The notes under the pieces: model-generated | Told to the model about the DNA's origin: nothing | What the model saw: the letters and a program-made list of their open reading frames with translations, nothing else | Database searches by the model: none | Assembly: GCA_963514005.1 (NCBI GenBank) | Contig: OY740790.1 | Span: forward strand, 19,716,001 to 19,780,000 | Direction of reading: 5' to 3' | DNA: 64,000 bases | Origin: Raja brachyura | Lineage: Eukaryota | Program-made: the position numbers and the translations under genes | Shown here: in pieces, positions 24,610 through 35,723 of the stretch | How positions within the stretch are numbered: position 1 is the stretch's first letter | Layout: each line of letters opens with the position of its first letter

Positions 24610-25032
24610 GATCTGATGGTGTTGGACTATGGAAAGACAAGTTTGAAGAGACTAAAGGTGTCATATAATGATGCCATGAGAACATTGCTAAGGAACCCTA
24701 GATGGTGTAGTGCTAGTAACATGTTTGTGGCTGCAGGAGTCAGTACTTTAGAAGCTATCCTAAGAACTCATATGTATAAATTAATCTGCAGGATAAATGA
24801 CTCTAAAAATGTAATTATTGTGGCCTTGTCAAACAAAAGGTTTAGCACTACACGCTACGAATCCCAGTTGTGGAGACACTGGTATCGCTGTCTCGTTGTA
24901 GGACATTGATCATTATTTTATTCTGGATTTTAATTCTGTATTGTGTTTTTTTTAATATATAATTTATGATGCTTTTACAAGTATACTAAGATTTTATATG
25001 TACTTTATGACGGTTTTTAATATGCAATGCAG

Positions 25033-25096
<64 letters not shown>
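24610..25096 (+). mobile_element. RTE-X-like non-LTR retrotransposon 3' end with (ATT)n tail
   Basis: The ORF C-terminus YGKTSLKRLKVSYNDAMRTLLRNPRWCSASNMFV...SQLWRHWYRCL resembles RTE-X RT C-termini; an AT-rich 3' UTR and a long (TAT)n run follow at ~25034-25096. Confidence 0.7.
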
Positions 25097-25097
<1 letters not shown>

Positions 25098-26589
25098 AAC
25101 ATGTCCGAATTAGCTTATTTCACCGAGCGAATTTCAAATGAATAATCACGATGTATCTATTTTACACACAAACAAGTACACACGATCTGTGCGCGTTATA
25201 CATGGCATCTATGATTGCTGGATATTAACAACTATTTTTAATGTATGGGGCTTGATAAATATGTCAGTCGATATAGTGTAGCTGACGACATTTAAATATA
25301 AAGAATCATTTGAACTGTCAGAGGCTGACGTTAATATTCAATGAAATTCATACTAATAGAGAGAAGAGTTACATTTCACTTCAACTTCTAAACAAACAAA
25401 ACATAGACGTCGTCGGAGTTGGACTTTAGGTCAGCACACGCACGGAAGCAAAACTCTTGAACATTTTCATGAAATGATTTTTAAAATAATTTTAATAATT
25501 CACTAAAACTTACAACCGAGCTATATTGTGCGCTAGAACAATTCTGTACGCGAGGAATTATCATAAGATGGAAAAGACGAAAAGTAATCAGCAACGATAG
25601 TCTCATCAGAATAAATGAAAACGAATCCAATTAAATTGTTCTACTTTTGTATTAAAGCTAGGAAATTCAATTAAATATCATTCTCAAATCTTGTCAATAT
25701 CCAGTTCAACTTAAATATATTCGAGGTTATGTATGAGACATCTAATTAGATAAAACTAATTGCCTCAACCGGTTCCATTATAACGTATGATGACAAATGA
25801 GGTTAAAATAATATTAATTTTGGCAGCAATACAAGGAAGCCTTGCAGAAAGTTTAAAAACAACCTGGCGATAGAACTCAACTCATTGTCATAAACGATTG
25901 TTGCAGAATTACGTATTTTTCCCACCATTCGATTGGCGTTATGGTTAAGTGAACTTTTATGAGTGTAGGTAAATCCTGTTTTCCTGATCTCATTGCCCAC
26001 TTATTAATAAATGTCTGGCTTAATGTAAGAAACACATGCAGTTCTATAATCGGCGTGGTTCACTCCACCGTCTATTTTTATAGCTTCTCTCCCAGTTTTT
26101 CTTCGTCTGTTCTTCATCAGTATTGGTAGTCATTAACACGCCTTTAAGTGCAAAGGGCGACATACAATTATAACCAAAGATCCTATAGCGGAGCATAGGA
26201 TCTTTGATTATAACACAACACATTTATAAAATCATACCACGAACCTAATGACATTTTAAATATCTTTCTTATTTATCCATTCTAATATAACCACGAATTT
26301 TACTAAATGCGTCAATGTGAAAGAAAACTCTAATGCGATATTTAAAATGCAGGTTACTGCAGTTGGAATTGAAACAGCTTCTGAAATAGTTACAGCTGTC
26401 AATTGCAGCTTAACAAAGTTTTGTAAAAGGCAAGAATTGCAGTTATCCGATGATAATTTAAACCGTTTTAAAAAGTTTATCTTTGAAAGTGACACGAGGT
26501 GTCTTCTACAGAATTTAAATCAGATAAGGCTGACATAAATGAAAGGGAATGGCTCACTCACTGCAGAGCAAAGCACCATCTCCCTGGGA

Positions 26590-26853
26590 CTCAGAGCTCA
26601 GCCCTACGTCATCGCCTGGCGCCGGCCGCACGCCCGGCTGCAAAGCGGCTCGGAGCGCATGCGCGGCCTTCAGGAAGCGCTGGGCAGAGAAGAGAGGAGT
26701 GTGAGAGAGGGAGAGGGAGAGGGAGAGGAGAGAGGGGCAGAAGGAGGAAGAGAGGGAAGCGGAGTGAGAGAAGAGAGGATAAGAGAGGAGAGGGAAGCAG
26801 AACGGCCGCTGGGCAGAGGGTGTGGGTGAGGGAGAGGAACTGCTGGTTTGAAC
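26590..26853 (+). promoter_or_regulatory. alg6 CpG-rich promoter and GA-rich 5' leader
   Basis: CpG cluster at 26600-26680 with the NRF1-type palindrome GCGCATGCGC (26655-26664) and an ACGTCA CRE half-site; purine-rich stretch 26685-26800 leading to the ATG. Confidence 0.7.
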
Positions 26854-26935
26854 ATGGAGAGATGGAGCATGGTTGCCCTCGTACTCATGGTCAGCTTCAT
26901 AGTGCGCTGGGCAGTGTCTCTGAACCCATACTCAG
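26854..26935 (+). CDS. alg6: ALG6 alpha-1,3-glucosyltransferase, coding exon 1 (82 nt)
   Basis: aacATGG start; MERWSMVALVLMVSFIVRWAVSLNPYS-G resembles the ALG6 N-terminus; donor gtaagt at 26936. Confidence 0.93.
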
Positions 26936-27074
26936 GTAAGTGCTGAGAGAGTCCTGACTCTGTTGTGCAGCCAGATGGATGGGAGGAGGAGGATGGTGGT
27001 AGTGCATAGGCTGGGAAGGCAAAACTTTTTGGATTGTGGATGTTTCAGGTCGAGATCCTGCATCAGATTTCTGT

Positions 27075-28745
27075 TTCAGAATCTGCCTTCTGAGCATCCT
27101 TCAAGAGGGTGAAGCCATGCAAAGCCTCCAGTCCAGACAGTTTACCTGGCCAAGTGCTAAAGACCTGTGCAGACCAGCTTGCTAGAGTATTCAAGGACTT
27201 CTTGTACCTCTCGTTTCTGTGGTCTGGTGTTCCCACCTGCCTCAATGACTAGAATCTGGTAGTATTTGCATCCACTGAAATTAAGTGCTTCAAGAGGTTG
27301 GCTGTGACGCAAATCAACTCCTACCTAGGAATCACCTAGATCTACAGGTCCAGATCTTTTTTTCAGTGGCTCTCCACTCTGCTCTGGTTGCCATGGACAA
27401 GAAGATCATGTACGTCAAACTGATGTTTATTGATTGAACACAATCGTCCCCTTCAAACTTATCACCAAGTTCCAAGAACGAGGTCTCTGCACCTCCTTTT
27501 GAAAATGGATCCTTGACTTTCTCAACGGTTGACCTCAATCAATGCGCATTGGTAACAAATGTGTAGGAAGCAACTGCAGATGCTGGTTTACATTGAAGAT
27601 AGTCACAAAATGCTGGACTAACTCAGCGGGAAAGGCAGCATCTGTGGTGTGAAGGAATGGGTGGCATTTTGGGTTGGGTTCCTTCTTCAGATGGAAGCTC
27701 CTTGTTTCTACAGGGAGATAGAGCAGCTGGTTGAATGGAGCCACATCAGCAATCTGTCATGCACCATCAACAAAACCAAAAAAACGAATTGAAGATACTC
27801 CAGCATTTTGTGTCTATCTCAGCGGGACAGGCGGCATCTCTGGAGAGAAGGAATGGGTGATGTTTAGGGTCGAGACCCTTCTTCATTGTTGACTTCAGAA
27901 AAGAGTAGTCAGACCTTGCAGCAGTTTTCCTTGGTGGCTGACAGTGGAGTTGTTAGCAGCTTCAAATTACTGGGTGTTAACATCTCAGATGACCCATCCT
28001 GGGACTAGCCATAGCTGGAATTACAAAGATGTGGCAGCTCCTCTACTTTTTTAGTAGTTTGAAGAGATTCAGCAAGAGAATCAAGAGTATTTAAATGTCA
28101 TATGTACTGACAACAGAACAATTAAATTATTACTTGCAGTACTTTAACAATCTGTAAATGCAACACACAGATTAAAAAAAATTAAAAGAATTTAAATCAA
28201 TACTTCAAGTCACAAAATACTTTAACAAATCTTTACAGTTGCACTACATAAGGCATTCTGACTGGTTGCATCATGGCCTGGCAGAGAAATTCCAACACAC
28301 AGGGACGCAAGACTCTGCAGGGAGTGGTGGAGTCAGCCCAGTCCATCACATGCATGGCCCTCCCCACCAACAAAAACATCTAGGATCTCCACTATTTTCT
28401 CGCTGATAGCATTGAGCGGGAGGTATAGAGTCTTGCCATCCAATGCCACAAAGTTCAGGAATAGCAATTTACCGACAACCATCAACTTCTTGAACCAACC
28501 TGCATAACTCTTAATTCTACCTCAACAATGGAACACTATGGACCATCTCCTGTACTTATCACGGATTTATTTTACGAACTCTGTAGTACTCTAATAGCTT
28601 GTTTTTGCAGTCTTTTCACTGTCTTGTATAATTAGCTTTGTATGTTGTCTTGAGTCTGTGCCCATAATGCTGCTGCAAGCAGGATTTTCACTGTACCGCA
28701 CTGTACCTGTGCTATTGCCTATGACAATAAATGATTGGACGATTA
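27075..28745 (+). mobile_element. Degenerate Rex1/Babar LINE in alg6 intron 1, interrupted by short elements
   Basis: ASFKRVKPCKASSPDSLPGQVLKTCADQLARVFKDF, IKCFKRL, SFKLLGVNISDD and ILTGCIMAW; tail ttttcactgtacc...atgacaataaa. Confidence 0.8.
27560..27885. mobile_element. Two fragments of the short Penelope-derived family
   Basis: taggaagcaactgcagatgctgg...ccttcttcag (27560-27690) and ctcagcgggacaggcggcatctctgg...gggtcgagacccttcttca (27795-27885). Confidence 0.75.
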
Positions 28746-29463
28746 AAAATTCACTAAAATTGCTTGTTTGCCATGGTTCTGTAAATATAGCTCGTACATC
28801 TTTCCCAATACTTCCTAAAATGCTCCACAAGTAATTTTCAAATTGTTGGCGTTAGCTTGCCTTTTCTCCTTTCTGATCCTCCAACTGCTGAATGCTGCTT
28901 TACTGCGACACTGCTGCTTAAAATTAGCATATCTACCCGTATACTTTAAAAAATGTTATAGACCAGCATCTATGTTTTTACAACATAGTTTTCTTCCCAC
29001 CACCTCCGCCACCTTTCTCACTTAATCTCCCATGGTCCATGGTTTTGAAATTCATCATATTAGCAGTTTGTTGCTTCTTTATTTATTTGACTTCTCGTTA
29101 GTTATGAACCAAGACCACATTCTTAGTTATCTCTCTAAACTGTTCTGTAAGTTGTCATTGGGGTTTGATCGCACCTTTTCCCATTTTTTAACATTGTTGG
29201 TTCTTTGTCCTGAAACAAAACGCATGTTGACATCATCAATTTTTTACGTGTCGTTTTGACACAATAGGAGAATGTGTACCGTTGAAGAACCTAGTCTACG
29301 GACTTAATACCATGTGTAATTAAAGAGCCAAGAAACTTGGCCAGTGTTTTCTCCTCTCTACTGAATTACATTAACTATTTTGAGAAAATTCATTAATTTA
29401 CTTCAAGTAATTTGGCCAAGAACACCTTTTGATGTTATCTCTACATTGTTTTTCCATCATCAG

Positions 29464-29548
29464 GTGCTGGTAAACCACCGATGTACGGCGATTATGAAGC
29501 ACAGAGACACTGGCAGGAGATAACATTCAATTTACCCATCGATGAATG
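29464..29548 (+). CDS. alg6: ALG6 coding exon 2 (85 nt)
   Basis: cag acceptor; [29 protein letters not shown] contains the GDYEAQRHW motif; donor gtttgt. Confidence 0.95.
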
Positions 29549-30093
29549 GTTTGTAACCTCAATGCAATTAACTAACATGTTAAAATCGTAGTTGAGGATT
29601 TTCTCTAGAATATATGATATAATGATTAAATAAAAAGGTTTTCCCCCTCCTCCCCCAACCCTTTCTCTCTTCCACACTACCCCAACAATTATGTTACTTC
29701 TGGAATTTTTTCATATTTCAATTAAGTCCTTTGTCTGCAAGCTCAGATGGAGGGTGTTGAGGGGCTATTATACCTTTGGAAAGCATCATAATCTCACTTA
29801 CCAGAAGGAGCTACTGGCAATTGTGCACGTTTGTGATCTCTGAATTTCTCGCTACTGGACTACAACATGATCTTACTTGCTGAACCATTAGAGGTGCCCT
29901 GCTAAGAAAGAAACCTGTTACTTAATCTGAGGGAATTGTGATTCTGTGGCATTACCTACATATCCTCTGACAGTACATTTAAAATATTGTAATTTAATAA
30001 ATTAACTTGCTGAAATATATGCTTTATAAGCAATCCGAGTATCGTTTAAAACTGAATGTATTGACTTTAGCATTGATTTGTTTCTCTCTTCAG

Positions 30094-30183
30094 GTATTTC
30101 AATACAAGCAACAATGATCTTGAGTACTGGGGCCTTGATTATCCACCTTTCACTGCGTATCACAGTTTGCTTTGTGCATATGT
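30094..30183 (+). CDS. alg6: ALG6 coding exon 3 (90 nt)
   Basis: Polypyrimidine tract plus cag; [30 protein letters not shown] contains the LDYPP motif; donor gtaagt. Confidence 0.95.
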
Positions 30184-30539
30184 GTAAGTTCATTCTGTTA
30201 ATGGTAGGACAATTTGGTATTTTTAATTATTAATCGGAAATCTTTAATGCCAAATAAGTGAAGTTTTGAGCTCTTGATCAGTGGCTGACCTCTTCCAGCC
30301 CCTTTCATGGGTAAGTGCAAAAGCATCAACTTGGTAGAGATTAGGATAATTCATGGCCTTGTTCAGTCTTTATATGCAAGCTTTGATGTTAATGCTTTTC
30401 TCCAAATTTGTAGAAGAAGAATAGTCATCAATGGCATTAAAAATAAGCCCCACTGTATACTACAAATGATATGTTGTGGTGAAGGACTTGTCCATGGGGT
30501 TCTGGGATTGTTCAACCCACTTAAACAGCAGCTCTAACA

Positions 30540-31260
30540 GAAAAGGAAGAATGGAAGAAGACCACTCGACCTCTTGTGCCTGCTCTATTGTTCAATACAA
30601 TCATGGCTAATCCCCCAATGCCATATTCCTGTACCCCACAAGGTGTCTAGAAATCTCCACCTCCTTCTCGAATAGATCCAGTGACTTGACTTCCACGAGT
30701 CTTTTGTTATTGAGAACTATACAGGTCCACCATCCTTAAATAAATGTATCTTCATTGCAGTCCTAAGTACCTTTCCCTGCTCCCTTAATCTATGACCCCT
30801 TGTTTTAGTCCCCTGAGTCATTGGAAACATCCTTGTACATCTATTCTGTCGGGCTCAGGCAGAATTATGTATGTTCCAATTAAATCCCTTTTTGTTCTTC
30901 TAAATTTGATCCAATGCTGATATGACTGCCCCTCCATCCCCAAAATTAGTCTAGTGAACCATTGCTTTGTTGTTCTGTCACTGTGGCAAGTATATGATGT
31001 CTGAGATAGGGAGACCAAACCTACATGTGTACTTTAAATTGGTCACTTCGCAACCGAGAATTAAAAAAAATTGTAGTAAGACCCAGAGCTGGGCACAATC
31101 ACTGATTCCTGTAGTACTCCACCTGTTATTACCAGTCGCCCCAAACAGCATGTTTACTGCCATTGTTCTCTTTCCTCTCTGTCAACCAATTTTCAATTGA
31201 TGCCAGTATGATGCTACCCAGTCTTGAGTACATTAATTTTGCATGCAAAACTCTTGAGTG
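30540..31260 (-). mobile_element. Degenerate CR1 LINE
   Basis: Minus-strand ORF fragment ...FTRLILGMEGQSY...KFRRTKRDLIGTYIIL. Confidence 0.7.
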
Positions 31261-31364
31261 AAATTTTATGTACATCTTGCACATTATTAACTAGTCATGA
31301 ATCTCAGAGAGTAAGCAGCTTGATTGAAATCTTCAATGGTTGAGGGCAGTTCAGGCTCTTCCGT

Positions 31365-31803
31365 TCAAAGGTTTCAAAGGCCTTTTATTGTCACGCACCA
31401 ATTAAGATGCAGTGATATGCGAATTATCATACAGCCATACGAAAAAAAAGCAATAAGACTCACAACTACATAAAAGTTAACATGAACATCCACCACAGCG
31501 GATTCCCCACATTCCTCACTGTGATGGAAGGCGAAAGAGACCAATCTTCTTCCTCTTTATTCTCCCGTGGTCTGGGCAGTCGAACCATCCGTCGGGGTGA
31601 TCGAAGCTCCTGAAGCTGGCGGTCGAAGCTCCAACGTGGGGGAGATTGAAATCCCCCGCTTCGGGGTGAACGAAACACCCGCATCATGGCGGTCGAAACT
31701 CACGTGCCTTGGAGTTCCCAAAGTCAGTCTTTGACCAGAGACTGCAGGCTCCGTGATGTTAAAGTCCGCAAGCGCCCACGGTTGGAGCTCAGAGGTCGAT
31801 CCA
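31365..31803 (-). mobile_element. CpG-rich non-autonomous retroposon with L2/Rex1-type tail
   Basis: Begins (plus-strand view) tcaaaggtttcaaaggccttttattgtcac; internal imperfect repeats of ggcggtcgaagctcc and ggggtgatcgaa. Confidence 0.6.
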
Positions 31804-31990
31804 TTTAGACTCCTATTTATAGGTTGTGCAATTGGTTAAATCATTGTATGCCTTCATATCAAGAGTTATTTCTTTTGGGGCAGAAGAGGAAAACAGGTGG
31901 GCAAAAAGAAAATATTAATACTTGAATGTTTTTCCTGAGAGTGTACATTATTTCAAATGTAGAATGACCATTTTTTTTATTTTAACCTAG

Positions 31991-32079
31991 AGCTGAATTA
32001 ATAGATCCTGAGTGGATTGCTCTTTTTACATCCCAGGGGTATGAGAGCCCTGAGCACAAACTCTTCATGAGAGCAACAG
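31991..32079 (+). CDS. alg6: ALG6 coding exon 4 (89 nt)
   Basis: tag acceptor; [29 protein letters not shown]; donor gtaatt; phase consistent with neighbours. Confidence 0.94.
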
Positions 32080-32342
32080 GTAATTACAAATTTCAGAGAT
32101 AACTTCAAATCTTGTTGGGGCAGTGGGTTGGGGGTGGGGGTGGCAATACATGATAGATAAATGGTTAAAGCTAGGTTATGATACTTAGGAATACCTGAAA
32201 GAAACATTTTTACCCCTCCAGGTTGCTTCATCAGTGATGTTCTTCCAACATAAAATCAGGTCTATTTTTATAATGATTCCATTGATTTCCATTTTCAAAG
32301 TCCCATGTTAATTCAGTAATATAAGAGGGGGGGGGGGAGAGA

Positions 32343-32645
32343 AGTGGCACAACAGTGCAGTTTCATCTGGTCACAGATGTCTGGTTTAAGACATCTGGTT
32401 TGGTCCTGTCCATGGGTGCTGTCTGTGGAGTGTTTGTCCATTTTGCCTGAAACCACATGGGTTTCCCCATGGCACTCTGATTTCCTCCAATGTGCCAGAG
32501 ACATCCTGATTGGTAAGTTAATTGGTTTTGTCAGGTGGTTGATGGGGATGTGAGGGCAAAAAAAATGGAATTAGCATAGATGGGTACTTTCTGGTCAGTG
32601 CTGGCGTGGTGGGCTGAATGGCCTGTTTCAATGCTGTGTGACTTT
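32343..32645 (+). mobile_element. V-SINE (HE1-like), degenerate
   Basis: tRNA-like head, V-core tgtctgtggagtgtttg...tgggtttcccc...tttcctcc, CR1-type tail gggctgaatggcctgtttc. Confidence 0.7.
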
Positions 32646-32742
32646 AGAGTATTCAGGCGGGCTGTCAAGTATTATTCATGACACATAATTGCCAGGTAAT
32701 GATCATCCTGTACAATAGGAAGACCAGCCAAATATCCTGCAT

Positions 32743-32944
32743 GGGAAAGAACTGCAGATGCTGGTTTAAATCGAAGGTAGACACAAAATGCTGGAGTAAC
32801 TCAGCGGGACAGGCAGCATCTCTGGAAAGAAGGAATGGGTGACGTTTCGGATCAAGACCCTTAGGTCTCGACTGGAAACATCACCCTTTCCTTCTCTCCA
32901 GCGATGCTGCCTGTCCCGCTGAGTTACTCCAGCATTTTGTGTCC
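32743..32944. mobile_element. Palindromic Penelope-terminus-derived short element
   Basis: ~69-bp near-perfect inverted arms at 32780-32848 and 32875-32943. Confidence 0.85.
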
Positions 32945-34321
32945 ATGAGCCATATATCGTGATTGTCTACACTACTCTTGTTGAGAGCTTCACCATCTTC
33001 TGTGGGTTATCATTGACCAGGTGCTTTACTGAAACACCCATAATCAGCATCTTTACAGTGAGGGCAGTGAAGAAGGTGGATACTCAGACTGTTGATGCCA
33101 GAACTGGAGTATCCAATATGCACAAATGTGTACAGCACCTGTGGCAACATTACTAAGGCAGCTTATGGTTTGAACATGTGGGTAGGAATGACAAACATTG
33201 AGACATTAACATTAAATACACGGGGAAAATCACACAAACATATCTTCATTATAATAAGGAATAAACAACATAACTTTTTTGGAAGGTATACATTTATGAT
33301 AGTTGTGGCTCAATTTATGTGCTGTTGATTCTTGTGCAACTTTTTTTTGAAGACTGGAGGAAAAATAAATCTAACTTTGTTCCTGGAAATCGCCTAAGAC
33401 TATGAGCATTGTGCTGTGGTACACTCAGCCCTGTGGACTAGGTCAGCAGTTATTTACACCTGTTCACTTGGTGACCTTGAGAATTCCACAGGTCATGTGG
33501 ACTAACTGGCTGGAAGACAAATGTTATTTTTCTCCCTGTTCCACATGTGAAAAGTTTAACTAGTCGATTAAAGGCCAATCTGAAATATCTAAGGATGCCT
33601 GTGAGTGAGGTGATAATTCCTTCCTACACGAGAGTGCAAATGACTCGTATTACTGGTTTCCAACCAGTGCATTAAGCAGGGAACCTCTAGATTTCCACTC
33701 AGTGCTTTGGCCTGAGTTTTGGACACAATGAATCCCATCCACAATAAGTGAACCACAATATAACTCAGAGTTCAGCACTTTTTGCCATAGTGTGCATAAA
33801 TAGAAGGAAGCGAAAGACATTTTCTTGAACATTGATATTAAGATATTTTGCATTTGTGTAGAGATGGAGCAAAGGACTGATTAGAGGACACAGCATTGAT
33901 TGAATATATTGAGCTGTTATGAGATAAACTGCCCCCATGATGTGAAATAGTGGACTCAACCCATAGTAGAACAAAAAAATTAAAACAGCCTTCAGAAATC
34001 TAAAAGAAACGTGGCATATTGGATATACTGCAATAAATATCACTTACTGCACCAACAAGGTTTTTCCCATTTCTCTTTGTGACATCTGAGAAGGCCAGTT
34101 ATGATTCCAGTTAGTTCTGGATTGTCCTTGTATTTGACTATCGAGATCAAAATGAACTCTCCCCTCCTGGCCTGCACACACTGCATACACTCTCACCTGT
34201 AAGCATTTAACCTGAGAGAGACCAAAGCACCAGCAGTGAAAGAAATGGCGTCTGCAGCAGATTGACCATAGTGCTGCTATGTCATTCCTCAAGGTCATCT
34301 TACTGAATATTACGTTGCTGT

Positions 34322-34500
34322 GAAAGATAGACACAAAATGCTGGAGTAACTCCAAATGCGGGCCAAGCAGTATCTCTGGAGAAAAAGGACGGGTGACGTT
34401 TTGGGTCATCTTTTTTCTCCAGAGATGCTGCCTGACCCACCGAGTTACTCCAGCAATTTGTATCTATCTTTGGTATAAACCAGCATCTGCAGTTCTTTGT
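34322..34500. mobile_element. Palindromic Penelope-terminus-derived short element, centre deleted
   Basis: aagatagacacaaaatgctggagtaactc...gtgacgttttgggtc / ctccagagatgctgcc...gagttactccagca...accagcatctgcagtt. Confidence 0.8.
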
Positions 34501-35254
34501 TTCTCCATTTCTACATTAGGTTGCTGTGGCCTGCTATACCATTTTCACATTCAATATTACATGCCCAGGAATTAGGAAGTAAAAGCAAATGCGAATTTTA
34601 ATACGCAAGTAAATGGGCTGAGTTCCCTGTCTCTTTGGTAGACCAAGTTTGTGATCGTCTAGGAATTAAATCAGAAAGTGTTTTAACATAAATAGAGGGG
34701 AAAATAAGGAAAACCCTTTGCCATGTGGTTTTGGATGTTGAGTTAATGATATAATTCACAAATGAAAATTAGATTTTTTAAAAATTAGTTCATGTAAGAT
34801 GCAGCAAAGGCAAACAAATGGAGCCCAGAAGACAACTGGGTTGAAAGTTTATGAATCCACACTCCATCCAATCCAAATTATACTCAGTGGTACCAGTTGC
34901 CTGTGCAAGGTTGGATGGTTTTGGTCAGGGTAATGTGCTGGAATTTGTGGAGGAGGAAAGGGAAAGCATCAAAATGATTGCTGTTTCCTGATCATTGATC
35001 CCAGGTGTTATTAATTGGACAAACCTCTCCCAGTGATGAAAAGTGTTGTTGTGCTTGAATTGGTCGTGTAGAGCAAACATGATGGATTCAGTGGCCATTT
35101 TAGGAGGTACAATACAATGACTAGCACCTTTGGAATGGTGTTAAGATATTGAGCAAATTACTACGGAAACTTGCTAAAGCAGACAAGATGTGGGTTCATT
35201 ATTTGAAGAATATCATCAAAGGTTGTGTTTGTGGAATGGGGTTGCCCTATTTTA

Positions 35255-35570
35255 ATTTAGTTTAGTGATACAGCATGGACACAAGCCCTTTGGCCCGCTG
35301 ACCACTGAGTCCTTTGGCCCACCCATTCACGCTAGTGCTATGTGCTCCCACTTTCACACAGTCCGTACACACTAGGGGCATTGACAGAGGCCAGTCAACC
35401 TACAAACTCGCACGTCTTTGAGATGTGGAAGGAAATTGGAGCTCCTGTAGGAAACCCACGGGGTCACAGGGTGAGCCTGCAAACTCCACACAGCACCTGG
35501 GATAAGGGTCGTACCCTGGTCTCTGGCTCTGTGAGGCAGCAGCTCTACTAGTTGCATCACTGTGCCACAC
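35255..35570 (-). mobile_element. V-SINE (HE1-like)
   Basis: Antisense V-core tgtggaaggaaattggagctcc...gaaacccacggggtcacaggg...gcaaactccacacag; antisense tail (tttag)n. Confidence 0.8.
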
Positions 35571-35643
35571 ACATTTGGGTCTTGATGTTTTTAACCTTAA
35601 AGATTCTTGTATACAGTACTGACACGCTGTCGATTTTGTTCAG

Positions 35644-35723
35644 TGGTTGTTGCAGACATCACTATATATGTTCCAGCGATCCTATACTACATGCATCTCT
35701 GCGAAGGTCCATGGGCTACAAAG
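35644..35723 (+). CDS. alg6: ALG6 coding exon 5 (80 nt)
   Basis: ttttgttcag acceptor; VVVADITIYVPAILYYMHLCEGPWATK aligns to ALG6 VLIADLLIYIPAVVLY...; donor gtaggc; phase consistent. Confidence 0.9.

Noticed and set aside
26499-26939. 146-aa Arg/Gly/Glu-rich ORF and overlapping ORFs
   Set aside because: Low-complexity translation of the CpG promoter and GA-rich leader. The real alg6 frame starts at 26854.
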